Source: Acholeplasma sp. (lineage in GTDB: Bacteria > Bacillota_I > Bacilli_A > Acholeplasmatales > UBA5453). Taken from it: a stretch of DNA of 43,674 bases. The stretch covers positions 1-43,674 of the forward strand of contig JAVBWN010000035.1 of assembly GCA_036677365.1 (NCBI GenBank), written 5' to 3'. The notes beneath the pieces were generated by a model. That model was not told the origin of the DNA. It did not search any database and saw only the letters and a list, made by a program, of their open reading frames with translations. Shown piece after piece: positions 9,281 through 18,545 of the stretch (positions are counted from its first letter, which is position 1; the number at the start of each line of letters is the position of its first letter). Made by a program: the position numbers and the translations under genes.

Positions 9281-9303
9281 AGCACGTCACTGTGCTTTTT
9301 TTT
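9279..9303 (+). terminator. Intrinsic terminator
   Basis: AAAGCAC-gtcact-GTGCTTT plus T run. Confidence 0.65.
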
Positions 9304-9407
9304 CGCCTTTATTATTATAAATAATGCTTGTTTCGGTTTGTGAATAACTTTTTCGTAAGCCCTTTGATACAATGAAGCCGTAAAATGCAATACTAAGGGA
9401 GAAAAAT

Positions 9408-10037
9408 ATGAAGAAATATATCCTCGTGTTCTTAATTGTATTGGGGACAATAGCCCTATCGGGTTGTGTTGAAAAAACACCCGCTTGTAACGACAATGAA
9501 TCACGCATTGATGGCGTTTGCGTGGTCAATCGTACCGAGTTTGAAACAAAACTATACAATACAGCTAACCTAGATAATGTTACCATCGAATGGGTGGTTA
9601 CACTCGGTGAAGAAACCAGTACTTCAATATTGAAGTTTGATGGTCAAAAATCCTCAGTTCAGTCGGGCAATCATACAGAGTTTTATGAAACCGATGGGAC
9701 CACCACATACCGTTATTTTCAAACAGAAAATGGGTACGAAAGAGAAACTGTCCAGTTGAGTGGTTCTACTCAACCCTCGTTTTATGAAAATTTAAAAGAA
9801 ACAGACTTTACACTGATGGAAAATCGATATCTACTAAACTATGGTACATACAACGATATCCTAGGTTTCGTTAAAAGCTACGATTCGGAAGCAACTTTTT
9901 CAAACTTTGAATTGTCTGTAGAAACCTATATCACGCAAATCAAGTTTGACATCCTTGTAGGCGATCTGGTATATAAGCTTACATTGAATTATTCAAATCA
10001 TAATCAAACGACTGTAGAGGTACCAACCTATGCGTAA
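9408..10037 (+). CDS. Hypothetical lipoprotein
   Basis: MKK + hydrophobic stretch + LSGC lipobox; stop overlaps the next gene. Confidence 0.8.
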   Translation: MKKYILVFLIVLGTIALSGCVEKTPACNDNESRIDGVCVVNRTEFETKLYNTANLDNVTIEWVVTLGEETSTSILKFDGQKSSVQSGNHTEFYETDGTTTYRYFQTENGYERETVQLSGSTQPSFYENLKETDFTLMENRYLLNYGTYNDILGFVKSYDSEATFSNFELSVETYITQIKFDILVGDLVYKLTLNYSNHNQTTVEVPTYA

Positions 10038-11616
10038 TCCATTTTGGAAGAAATCTTTACTGTTACTCATCATCACTTTATTCACATTCACTCTGGTTCA
10101 ACCATATCGTGTGAATGCCGCTTTAAGAATATATCAAAAATCTCGTGACACCCAATATGTAGAAGGCGTTAGACACATCAAAATCGCCGCAGAAATCGAT
10201 TTTAATGGCACGATTTCAGAACAAGTCATTAACTATGCCGGAATCAATATTAAGAATAACCCGCACATCAAAGTGGTGGTTGCAGATAACTATAAAGTGA
10301 ATGGCTTTGGTATGTCTACAGTCCCACAACAAATATGGAACATCCATCAAAAATTTCCCAATGTTCAAGTCATTGCCGGTGTGAATGGCGACTTCTATAA
10401 CATGTCTAATGGAATCCCTGTGTCTCCTTATGTGAGAAACTATGAAGTCATCTTCCAAGGCACCACATGGGCAAGAACATTGGTTGGATTCAAAGACAAT
10501 GGCGATGTTGTCTTTGGGAAACCGACGTTTAGCGGTTATGAAGTCATGGTCTTTGATCAAGACGGGTCGCTTAAACTCAACCCAATCAAAGTGAATGCTT
10601 TCAATCGTTTACCAGCCAATGATAATGAAGTCACAGCCTTCTTCACAGAACATGCCAGTGAAATCAATTCTGGCGCACAAAAACTGATTGTACATGGGTT
10701 AGACATTAAATCGGATGGTTCCGGTTCAAGGTATTTTTCTAAAGGTACATTTGGCAGTATCACCAATGAAGTCATCTCAGTTCAAGAAAACCAATTTATA
10801 CTGATGGGTTCGAAGTTATTCGCTGAAGGTTTCATCGAATCCACCGATACGATTGTGGTTCAGCAACGCATGTCAGGTATCTTTGAAGGTGTCAGGGACG
10901 CGATTGGTGGTTGGGAAATTCTTGTAAAAAATGGTGTACCAGAAACCACATTTACCCAAGGGGCTTCTTATCAATTTAGAGCACCAAGAACTGCTGTCGG
11001 GATTAAAAATGATGGTACCGTGTTCTTTGTTACGGTCGATGGTAGAAACATGCCGCTGGGTATGGATGGTGTCACAGCCTATGAAATGGCTGAAATCATG
11101 GCTTATTTTGAAGCCGATCACGCCATCAATCTAGATGGTGGGGGTTCTACAACCATGGCGATTTTAAATGGTGAAGACTATGATATTGTCAACACACCTT
11201 CAGATGGCAACCTCAGATCGAATGCGAACGGTGTATTCTTTGTTAAAGGCAATCTACCACAAACATTGCCACCAGTACCGTATCCAGACAACCGTGAAAT
11301 ACTCAATACACCAAGCAATTTATTCATACAAAACTCAGGCGTATTGACATTCAATGCTGTAGATCACGCAACAAGATATGAAGTATGGATCAATGGGACA
11401 ACCAAAATCGATACGACCACTAATAGTGTAACTTTAAACTTACCAATAGGCACCTACGATATTCAAGTACGCGCTTATGGCAACCACGACACACATAAAC
11501 AATCCTTATATTCAGAAGCATTGACATTTACCGTGTACTCCAATGACATGTTGAATTTCATCGATTTCATCCGAGCATACACACAAACACAGCACAACAA
11601 TAACCAATCCAACTAA
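10030..11616 (+). CDS. Secreted phosphodiester glycosidase (NAGPA/DUF2233 family) with C-terminal Fn3-like domain
   Basis: Signal peptide; NGDFY, PRTAVG, VTVDGR, AINLDGGGSTTM and N.PSDG..R motifs. Confidence 0.88.
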   Translation: MRNPFWKKSLLLLIITLFTFTLVQPYRVNAALRIYQKSRDTQYVEGVRHIKIAAEIDFNGTISEQVINYAGINIKNNPHIKVVVADNYKVNGFGMSTVPQQIWNIHQKFPNVQVIAGVNGDFYNMSNGIPVSPYVRNYEVIFQGTTWARTLVGFKDNGDVVFGKPTFSGYEVMVFDQDGSLKLNPIKVNAFNRLPANDNEVTAFFTEHASEINSGAQKLIVHGLDIKSDGSGSRYFSKGTFGSITNEVISVQENQFILMGSKLFAEGFIESTDTIVVQQRMSGIFEGVRDAIGGWEILVKNGVPETTFTQGASYQFRAPRTAVGIKNDGTVFFVTVDGRNMPLGMDGVTAYEMAEIMAYFEADHAINLDGGGSTTMAILNGEDYDIVNTPSDGNLRSNANGVFFVKGNLPQTLPPVPYPDNREILNTPSNLFIQNSGVLTFNAVDHATRYEVWINGTTKIDTTTNSVTLNLPIGTYDIQVRAYGNHDTHKQSLYSEALTFTVYSNDMLNFIDFIRAYTQTQHNNNQSN

Positions 11617-11635
11617 CCCTTGGATTGGTTTCTTT
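11602..11635 (+). terminator. Hairpin / likely terminator after the NAGPA gene
   Basis: AACCAATCCAA-ctaaccc-TTGGATTGGTT followed by TCTTT. Confidence 0.55.
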
Positions 11636-11659
11636 ACAAAGGCCTTTTAGGAGAACACT

Positions 11660-12451
11660 ATGAAAATAATTACCTGCATCAAACAAGTCCCAGCATCCTC
11701 GAATGTTCAAGTAGACCCCATCACTGGGGTTTTAATCAGAGATTCACAGAACGTTAAAATGAATCCATTCGACCTGTTTGGCTTAGAAACTGCTTTTCAA
11801 ATCAAATCACGTATCGAAAACACAGCCATCCACGCTGTAACGATGGGGCCTCAATCGGCCACACAAGTACTTAAAGAAGCTTTATATATGGGTGCAGATG
11901 ACGCTACGTTACTCACTGACCGCAAATTTGCCGGAGCGGATGTGCTTGCAACCTCGTATACCATCAGTCAGTTGGTAAAACACATGAAGGATTATGACTT
12001 GGTTATTTGTGGCAAACAAACCACCGATGGCGATACAGCTCAAGTGGGACCTGAAATGGCTGAATTTTTAGGCATTCCTCATGTACCTTATGTTAAAGAA
12101 CTCATCGAAGTAACTTCAAAATACATCATCGTTAGAAGCGCTTATGATCAATACGATGAGATTGTAAAAGTTGAATTACCATGTCTTTTAACCGTAGAAA
12201 AAGATGCAAATACGCCTAGATTACCATCCTATAGAAGACAGCTTTTATTCGATAACTACAAGATAAACTATGTTACTTTCAAAGATTTAGAAGACCAAAA
12301 CGAAAATCATTACGGTTTGAATGGGTCTCCAACCCAAGTAGACGAGATTTTTTCACCGGACAAATCGATGCATTCCACCCGATTCGAAGGTGACCCACAA
12401 ACGCTGTCTAATCAATTAGTAGAGATACTAAAAGATAAGCGTTTCTTATAG
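11660..12451 (+). CDS. etfB: Electron transfer flavoprotein beta subunit (LctB-like)
   Basis: CIKQVP, NPFD, TMGP, DRKFAGADVLATS, GKQTTDGDTAQVGP, GLNGSPT.V motifs. Confidence 0.93.
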   Translation: MKIITCIKQVPASSNVQVDPITGVLIRDSQNVKMNPFDLFGLETAFQIKSRIENTAIHAVTMGPQSATQVLKEALYMGADDATLLTDRKFAGADVLATSYTISQLVKHMKDYDLVICGKQTTDGDTAQVGPEMAEFLGIPHVPYVKELIEVTSKYIIVRSAYDQYDEIVKVELPCLLTVEKDANTPRLPSYRRQLLFDNYKINYVTFKDLEDQNENHYGLNGSPTQVDEIFSPDKSMHSTRFEGDPQTLSNQLVEILKDKRFL

Positions 12452-12460
12452 GAGGGACCC

Positions 12461-13663
12461 ATGGGCTATATTAAAGTAGATAACACCAAAGTCACAAAAG
12501 AAATTGCAGACCAGCTCAAACAAGTGTGTCCGTTCAATGCGTTCGAGTATGTCGATGAGTATTTATCCATCAACGCGAGCTGTCGTGTATGCAAGCTATG
12601 CGTTAAAAAAGGACCTAAAGGGGTTTGTGAATTCATCGACGATTCGCGACCACAGATCGATAAATCCAAATACAAAGGCATCGCCGTTTTTATGGAACAA
12701 CACAACAATCTTTGTCACCCTGTCGGATTTGAATTGTTAGGTAAAGCCAAAGAAATCGCTCTAAAAACGAATGAAAAAGTATACGCGATTGTGATTGGTA
12801 GCGATACACAAGCGATGGTATCGGAGTGTCTTCAATATGGGGTAGATGATGTTTTTGTCTATCAAGACAGCCTATACCGTGATTTTAATGTCGAAAGATA
12901 CACCAATGTCATGGAGAGTTTCTATAAGAAATACCAAAACAACGTCATTTTATTTGGATCAACCCCACTGGGTAGAAGTTTCGCACCACGTGTCGCGGCA
13001 CGCCTAAAAACAGGACTAACAGCGGACTGTACGATGTTAGATATCACAGAAGAAGGCGATTTATTACAAATTCGTCCTGCCTTTGGTGGAAACATCATGG
13101 CGAAAATCAACACCCCAAATAACAGACCACAGCTCGCCACCATCCGCTATAAAATGTTTAATAAACCTGCGATTGTAAAGCCTTTTGGACAAGTCCACCA
13201 CGAATCCGTGGAAGATATCGAAAAACATTCTAGAATCGAACTCATCGAATCGGTACATAAACCTCAAGCCAAAGACATCTCTGAATCTGAAATCATCATC
13301 GCGCTGGGGAGAGGGATTAAAAAACAATCGGATTTGGCATTGATTGAACCACTTAGAGCACAATTGGGTGCCGATTTAGCTTGTACAAGACCACTCATCG
13401 AAAATGGTTGGTTCGATGCGAGACAGCAAATTGGATTATCGGGTAGAACGGTTAAACCAAAACTATTGATCAACATTGGTATCAGTGGTTCAGTCCATTT
13501 CATCGAAGGGATGAAGGAAGCTGAAACGATCATCACCATCAACCAAGACCCACAATGTAAGCTTTTCAATTATTCACACTACGCCATTTGTGGGGATTTA
13601 TACCAAGTATTGCCGAAATTAAACGAACTATTAGAACAATTGGGGGTCACACAACATGTTTAA
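12461..13663 (+). CDS. etfA: Electron transfer flavoprotein alpha subunit with N-terminal ferredoxin-like extension (LctC-like)
   Basis: N-terminal CPFNA...CRVCKLC...C; TGLTADCT, RPAFGGN, GRG, QIGLSGRTVKP, GISGSVHF motifs. Confidence 0.92.
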   Translation: MGYIKVDNTKVTKEIADQLKQVCPFNAFEYVDEYLSINASCRVCKLCVKKGPKGVCEFIDDSRPQIDKSKYKGIAVFMEQHNNLCHPVGFELLGKAKEIALKTNEKVYAIVIGSDTQAMVSECLQYGVDDVFVYQDSLYRDFNVERYTNVMESFYKKYQNNVILFGSTPLGRSFAPRVAARLKTGLTADCTMLDITEEGDLLQIRPAFGGNIMAKINTPNNRPQLATIRYKMFNKPAIVKPFGQVHHESVEDIEKHSRIELIESVHKPQAKDISESEIIIALGRGIKKQSDLALIEPLRAQLGADLACTRPLIENGWFDARQQIGLSGRTVKPKLLINIGISGSVHFIEGMKEAETIITINQDPQCKLFNYSHYAICGDLYQVLPKLNELLEQLGVTQHV

Positions 13664-15047
13664 AAGACTAGATCCAAAAGACATTCAAATCTTAACAGAT
13701 ATCGTTGGTCATGAATCCATCACTGTGGGTGGTAACATAGACCATGAATACGCACACGACGAACTCAAAAACGTTTCAGGTGTCCCTGAAGCACATGTGT
13801 TTGTGACAGATAAATATCAAATATCCCAAATCATGGCCTACGCCAATCAACATAACATTCCCGTCACCGTACGCGGGGCTGGGACTGGCTTAGTAGGGTC
13901 ATGTGTCCCTGTCCATGGTGGGATTTTGCTCAATACATCCAAAATGAACAAAATCATCGATTTAGACACCATCAATTTAACATTAACGGTTGAACCAGGG
14001 GTATTGTTGTTGGATATTTACGAGGCTGTAGAAAAAGAGAATTTATTCTATGCCCCAGACCCAGGTGAAAAAACAGCCACCATCGGTGGAAATATCTCAA
14101 CCAATGCTGGTGGGATGCGCGCGATTAAATATGGCGTCACCCGTGACTGGGTACGCGGACTTGAAGTGGTTTTACCGAATGGTGAAATCATTCAAACCGG
14201 CGGGAAGATGGTTAAAAACTCTACTGGTTATGGCCTAAAAGATTTGATCATTGGTTCCGAAGGGACCTTAGGCATCATCGTTTCAGCGACGTTAAAACTC
14301 ATTTCTAAACCAAAGAAAACCATTTCATTATTGGTTCCATTTGAAAACCGTGAAGCAGCGATTAAAGCCGCACCAGTATTGATAAAAAACCATGTCACAC
14401 CAACAGCGGTAGAATTCTTAGAAAAACAATCCTTACAGTATTCTGAAACATTCTTAGGCAAGAAAATACCACACAATAACTTTGAAGCCTATTTATTGTT
14501 ATCTTACGATGGCAATACCGATGAAGCCGTCGACCACGACATCAAAATCGCATCCAATATGTGTTTGGATTTAGGGGCGATTGATGTGTTCTTAGTCGAT
14601 ACCACCGAAAGGGCGAAAGCGGTATGGACAGTGCGTGGTGGATTCTTAGAAGCCATCAAATCATCGACCGATGAAATTGATGAAATCGATGTGTGCTTAC
14701 CACGTTCAGCCGTCAGTGGCTATTTGGCCTATGCGAGAGAGATTTCAGAACAACTCAACATTCGTATCCCTTATTTTGGCCACATTGGCGATGGTAACCT
14801 GCATATTTATTTTTGTAAAGATAACTTAGAAGTCACTCAGTGGCATGATGTGGTCGATAAAGGTTTTAAATTGATGTATGATAAAGCCTTTGAAATGGGT
14901 GGTGTGGTTTCAGGTGAACACGGCATCGGCTATGCGAAAAAACGTTATATGGTGGATTTGCTTGGAGACACCCAAATCCAATTGATGAAAGGCATCAAAC
15001 AGGTATTTGATCCTAAAGGCATCTTAAACCCAAGCAAAGTCATTTAG
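13656..15047 (+). CDS. lctD: FAD-linked oxidoreductase of the GlcD/LctD family, probably Etf-dependent D-lactate dehydrogenase
   Basis: RGAGTGLVG, PDPGEKTATIGGNISTNAGGMRAIKYGVTRD, GSEGTLG, GH.GDGNLH, SGEHGIG; etfB-etfA-dehydrogenase order as in Acetobacterium woodii lctBCD. Confidence 0.8.
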   Translation: MFKRLDPKDIQILTDIVGHESITVGGNIDHEYAHDELKNVSGVPEAHVFVTDKYQISQIMAYANQHNIPVTVRGAGTGLVGSCVPVHGGILLNTSKMNKIIDLDTINLTLTVEPGVLLLDIYEAVEKENLFYAPDPGEKTATIGGNISTNAGGMRAIKYGVTRDWVRGLEVVLPNGEIIQTGGKMVKNSTGYGLKDLIIGSEGTLGIIVSATLKLISKPKKTISLLVPFENREAAIKAAPVLIKNHVTPTAVEFLEKQSLQYSETFLGKKIPHNNFEAYLLLSYDGNTDEAVDHDIKIASNMCLDLGAIDVFLVDTTERAKAVWTVRGGFLEAIKSSTDEIDEIDVCLPRSAVSGYLAYAREISEQLNIRIPYFGHIGDGNLHIYFCKDNLEVTQWHDVVDKGFKLMYDKAFEMGGVVSGEHGIGYAKKRYMVDLLGDTQIQLMKGIKQVFDPKGILNPSKVI

Positions 15048-15097
15048 TCACTTATCAAGAATGATTGTGATTTACTTAGAACCTCATCATTAAAATG

Positions 15098-15136
15098 ATG
15101 TAAAGCCCTTACATTTAGACACTTCTATGTTATAAT
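15098..15136 (+). promoter_or_regulatory. Promoter of the RpiR regulator with overlapping palindromic operator
   Basis: ATGTAA-agccc-TTACAT (15098-15114) over the -35 position; extended -10 TG-t-TATAAT (15128-15136). Confidence 0.55.
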
Positions 15137-15187
15137 TACTATGGTGAATTATACGATTAGATGTTTTTGAATGGGGGTTTTTATTTT

Positions 15188-16033
15188 ATGAGTATCATGC
15201 TTAATATGCTGAAAAACAAAGAAGAACTCAGTATGGCCGAAAAGGTCGTACTCGATTATTTGATTGAACATAAAGAAGACTTAAAGGATTTTGGTATTGA
15301 AAAGATTGCTGAAGCGGCGTATACCTCCCCAGCCTCTGTCGTTAGAATGTGTAAAAAACTGGGTTATCGTGGGTTTAAGGATTTTAAGATTGATTTTATT
15401 TTAGCCAATGCAAAAGTAGAAATCCCTGAACACACCGAATATTCCGACGTCATTTTAACCAAAAAATTCAATACAGGTAAGGTTGCGATTGAAAACGACA
15501 TCCGCGTGTTAGAAGATACGATGAAACTTTATAACGAAGAAACGTATGAAAAGGCCGCTGAAATCATCATGAGCGCTCGTAAGATTCTCATCTTTGGTAA
15601 AGGCTCATCCTACATTGTTTGTAAAGATTTAGAAATGAAACTTCGCCGAATCAATAAGTTTTGTATCGCTCAAGGCGAGTCCCATGACCAGTTGGTCGAT
15701 GCGTCATTCATCAACCAAAAAGATGTGATTATATTCATCAGTAATTCAGGTAAGACCAAAGAAATCATCTCTTCAGCATTGTTGGCGAAAGAAAACAAAG
15801 CGAAGATCATTGTCATTACAAAATTAGGTTCATCGATCCTGGCGGATTTAGGTGATATCGTCATTTATACCTCTTCACTTGAAGGGGAGTTTAGAAGTGC
15901 TGCGATGACCTCGCGTATTTCTCAATTGGCGGTTGTGGATGCGTTATTCTCACATTGTGCCTATACGGATATTGACCGTTCTGTCAAAATGCTTGAAACC
16001 ACGTATCAAACATTTAAACAATTTAAACGATAA
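15188..16033 (+). CDS. MurR/RpiR family transcriptional regulator (HTH + SIS)
   Basis: SPASVVRMCKKLGYRGFKDFK HTH; FG.G.S, ISNSGKT, SRISQL.VVD.LF. Start moved to ATG 15188 after GGGGG. Confidence 0.92.
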   Translation: MSIMLNMLKNKEELSMAEKVVLDYLIEHKEDLKDFGIEKIAEAAYTSPASVVRMCKKLGYRGFKDFKIDFILANAKVEIPEHTEYSDVILTKKFNTGKVAIENDIRVLEDTMKLYNEETYEKAAEIIMSARKILIFGKGSSYIVCKDLEMKLRRINKFCIAQGESHDQLVDASFINQKDVIIFISNSGKTKEIISSALLAKENKAKIIVITKLGSSILADLGDIVIYTSSLEGEFRSAAMTSRISQLAVVDALFSHCAYTDIDRSVKMLETTYQTFKQFKR

Positions 16034-16040
16034 AAAACGA

Positions 16041-16068
16041 AGAGGTATGCTGCTAGCATACTTTTTTT
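16041..16068 (+). terminator. Terminator after the RpiR gene
   Basis: GTATGCT-gct-AGCATAC followed by T7. Confidence 0.7.
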
Positions 16069-16116
16069 GTCGCCTGGGTGATTTTTTCAATTTTGGAAAA
16101 AACAACCAAAAGACAA

Positions 16117-16153
16117 TGAAAGCGTTTCAATTACATAGTAAAAACACTATAAT
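16117..16153 (+). promoter_or_regulatory. anmK operon promoter with cre/LacI-like operator
   Basis: TGAAAGCGTTTCAA (16117-16130) covers the -35 position, 17 nt upstream of TATAAT (16148-16153). Confidence 0.6.
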
Positions 16154-16177
16154 GATAACGAAGATGGAGAAACGACC

Positions 16178-17317
16178 ATGAAACTTTCAATTGGCTTAAT
16201 GAGTGGAACCTCATTGGATGGCATCGATTTGGTTCTATGTGAAATAAATGGGTCCTTTATGGATACCGAAGTGAAAGTCATTGCCCATCAATCCTATGAT
16301 TTAGACCCGGGATTGGTTTTAAAAATACAGGATTCAATTCAGTTGAAAACGAGCGCAAGAGACTTGACCAGTCTCAATTTTGAATTAGCCATTGCCTTTT
16401 CAAAGGCCATCAATACATTCATTGAAACCTTAGGGTTAGACCATAAAAACATCGATTTTATCGCTTCACATGGCCAAACCATCTACCATATACCCTTCGC
16501 AACTAAAGACCATGTTCCAAGCACATTACAGTTGGGGTCTGGGTCAGTGATTGCACAACTTACAGGCATCACGACGGTATCCAATTTTAGAGTTGCGGAT
16601 ATGGCTGTGGGGGGACAAGGGGCACCCTTGGTACCCTATGCTGAATTCGTATTATTCTCACAAAAAGAGAAGACCATCGCGATGCATAATTTAGGGGGGA
16701 TTTCGAATTTAACCCTCATGCCTAAAGGTCAGGACATCGATCAAGTGATTGCTTTTGATACAGGTCCAGCCAATATGATGATCGATTACGCGATGAAAAA
16801 ATTATTTCATCAACCTTACGATGACCAAGGCTACTACGCTTCAAGAGGTCAATTAATCCAACCATTATATGAATCATTGATGGCCCATCCGTATCTAAAA
16901 TTGGATTACCCAAAGTCCACAGGTAGAGAGATGTTTGGTGATGATTATACGCAAACATGCTTATCACCATACCCAAACGAAAAACCGGAAGACATCATCC
17001 ACACCTTATCGATGTTTACCGTAGATAGCATCGTATTAAGCTATCGAAAGTTACTAGAAAAACACACGATCGATGAAATTATCTTTTCAGGTGGCGGTGC
17101 ATTTAACCCGTTTTTGATTGAAAATATACGAAAAGGTTTGTACCCAATACAAGTATCCACACTTGAAGACCATGGTCTCGATTCAAAATGTAAAGAAGCC
17201 CTCGCTTTTGTCATTTTAGGGAACGAGACACTCCATCGTCATTTTAATCACATCAAAAGTGCCACTGGCGCGACCCGCTTAGTTGTACTGGGTGACATCA
17301 GTCCTGTCATCCGTTAG
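16178..17317 (+). CDS. anmK: Anhydro-N-acetylmuramic acid kinase
   Basis: IGLMSGTSLDGID, SHGQTIYH, STLQLG, FR.ADMA.GGQGAPLVP, NLGGISN, FDTGPAN, PKSTGRE.F, KEALAF motifs. Confidence 0.96.
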   Translation: MKLSIGLMSGTSLDGIDLVLCEINGSFMDTEVKVIAHQSYDLDPGLVLKIQDSIQLKTSARDLTSLNFELAIAFSKAINTFIETLGLDHKNIDFIASHGQTIYHIPFATKDHVPSTLQLGSGSVIAQLTGITTVSNFRVADMAVGGQGAPLVPYAEFVLFSQKEKTIAMHNLGGISNLTLMPKGQDIDQVIAFDTGPANMMIDYAMKKLFHQPYDDQGYYASRGQLIQPLYESLMAHPYLKLDYPKSTGREMFGDDYTQTCLSPYPNEKPEDIIHTLSMFTVDSIVLSYRKLLEKHTIDEIIFSGGGAFNPFLIENIRKGLYPIQVSTLEDHGLDSKCKEALAFVILGNETLHRHFNHIKSATGATRLVVLGDISPVIR

Positions 17318-17324
17318 GAGAAGT

Positions 17325-18545
17325 ATGAAACTACATTTGTATAAAAACCCAAAAGAACCCATTTTTTATTATGACACTCAAAAAGTCGTCGAAATCCCTC
17401 ATAGCATTAAAAACCATAAACCATTCAGAGCCATGTGGGTCTCGAATGTCGCGAATATTGACTTTCCAGTGTTGGACAACCCATTGGATTATCAACAAAA
17501 AATCATCACCATGCTGGATACCGCGAAATCCTATCATTTGAATGCAATCTTTTATCAAGTCAGAACAACCAATGATGCATTTTACGCCTCTAAACTCAAC
17601 CCATACAGCCGTTACTTAACGGGTAAAGAAGGGAAAGAACCACCATTCGATGTCTTGAAATTTGTCATCGATGAAGCAAAAAAACGCAACATTGAAGTTC
17701 ATGCTTGGTGTAATCCATACCGCGTATCTTTAAATGGAATCATCAAAAAAGACGATTATCTGAAAACGTGTGACCCGATGAATCTGGCGGTCAAACGTCC
17801 TGACCTCATCATTTTGAATAAAGAAGGTCAAATCATATTAAATCCTGCAAAAAAAGAAGTCAGACAACACATCATCGATTCGATGTTAGAAATCATCGAT
17901 GGGTATGAAGTGGCAGGCATTCATTTTGATGATTATTTCTACCCTTATCAAGGGTTAGATGAACAACAAAATGATTTGCCGGATTATGAACAAAGAACCG
18001 ATGTCAACCAGTCCTTGGATGATTTTAGAAGACAACAAGTCAGTTTAGTCATTGAAGGTTTGTATCAAGCGATCAAATCCCATAAACCCGAGATTCGATT
18101 CGGTGTCTCACCATTTGGCATTTGGCGAAATCATCAAGTAACACCACTGGGTGCACACGTGAGTCCAAAAGCCACACAATCGTATGATAACCAGTACGCG
18201 GATGCTTACCTATGGGTAAAATCGGGTTATATCGATTATATCGTCCCACAACTCTATTGGGAGTTTGGACACCCACTCGCACCGTATGCGGACCTGGTTA
18301 AATTTTGGGTCAAAACCTGTCAACATACCAAGGTGGATTTGTACCTTGGACATGGTGCGTATCGTTTAGGCAATGAAGGGGAATATGAAAACCCTAGTGA
18401 AGTGACCAATCAACTTCTTTATGCAAATCCCTATAAAACAATCAAAGGTCACGTATTTTTTACATACAAAACATTCATCAACCAAGACAAGAGTAAACCA
18501 GGCATGGCTATGCTCAAAAACACATTGAAAGAGGTGGCTAAATGA
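17325..18545 (+). CDS. GHL10 (DUF187; YddW/DigH-like) glycoside hydrolase, no signal peptide
   Basis: FRAMWV, NAIFYQVR, EVHAWCNPYR, LNP, GIHFDDYFYPY, FGVSPFG, DYIVPQLYW. Start at ATG 17325 after AGGAG. Confidence 0.88.
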   Translation: MKLHLYKNPKEPIFYYDTQKVVEIPHSIKNHKPFRAMWVSNVANIDFPVLDNPLDYQQKIITMLDTAKSYHLNAIFYQVRTTNDAFYASKLNPYSRYLTGKEGKEPPFDVLKFVIDEAKKRNIEVHAWCNPYRVSLNGIIKKDDYLKTCDPMNLAVKRPDLIILNKEGQIILNPAKKEVRQHIIDSMLEIIDGYEVAGIHFDDYFYPYQGLDEQQNDLPDYEQRTDVNQSLDDFRRQQVSLVIEGLYQAIKSHKPEIRFGVSPFGIWRNHQVTPLGAHVSPKATQSYDNQYADAYLWVKSGYIDYIVPQLYWEFGHPLAPYADLVKFWVKTCQHTKVDLYLGHGAYRLGNEGEYENPSEVTNQLLYANPYKTIKGHVFFTYKTFINQDKSKPGMAMLKNTLKEVAK

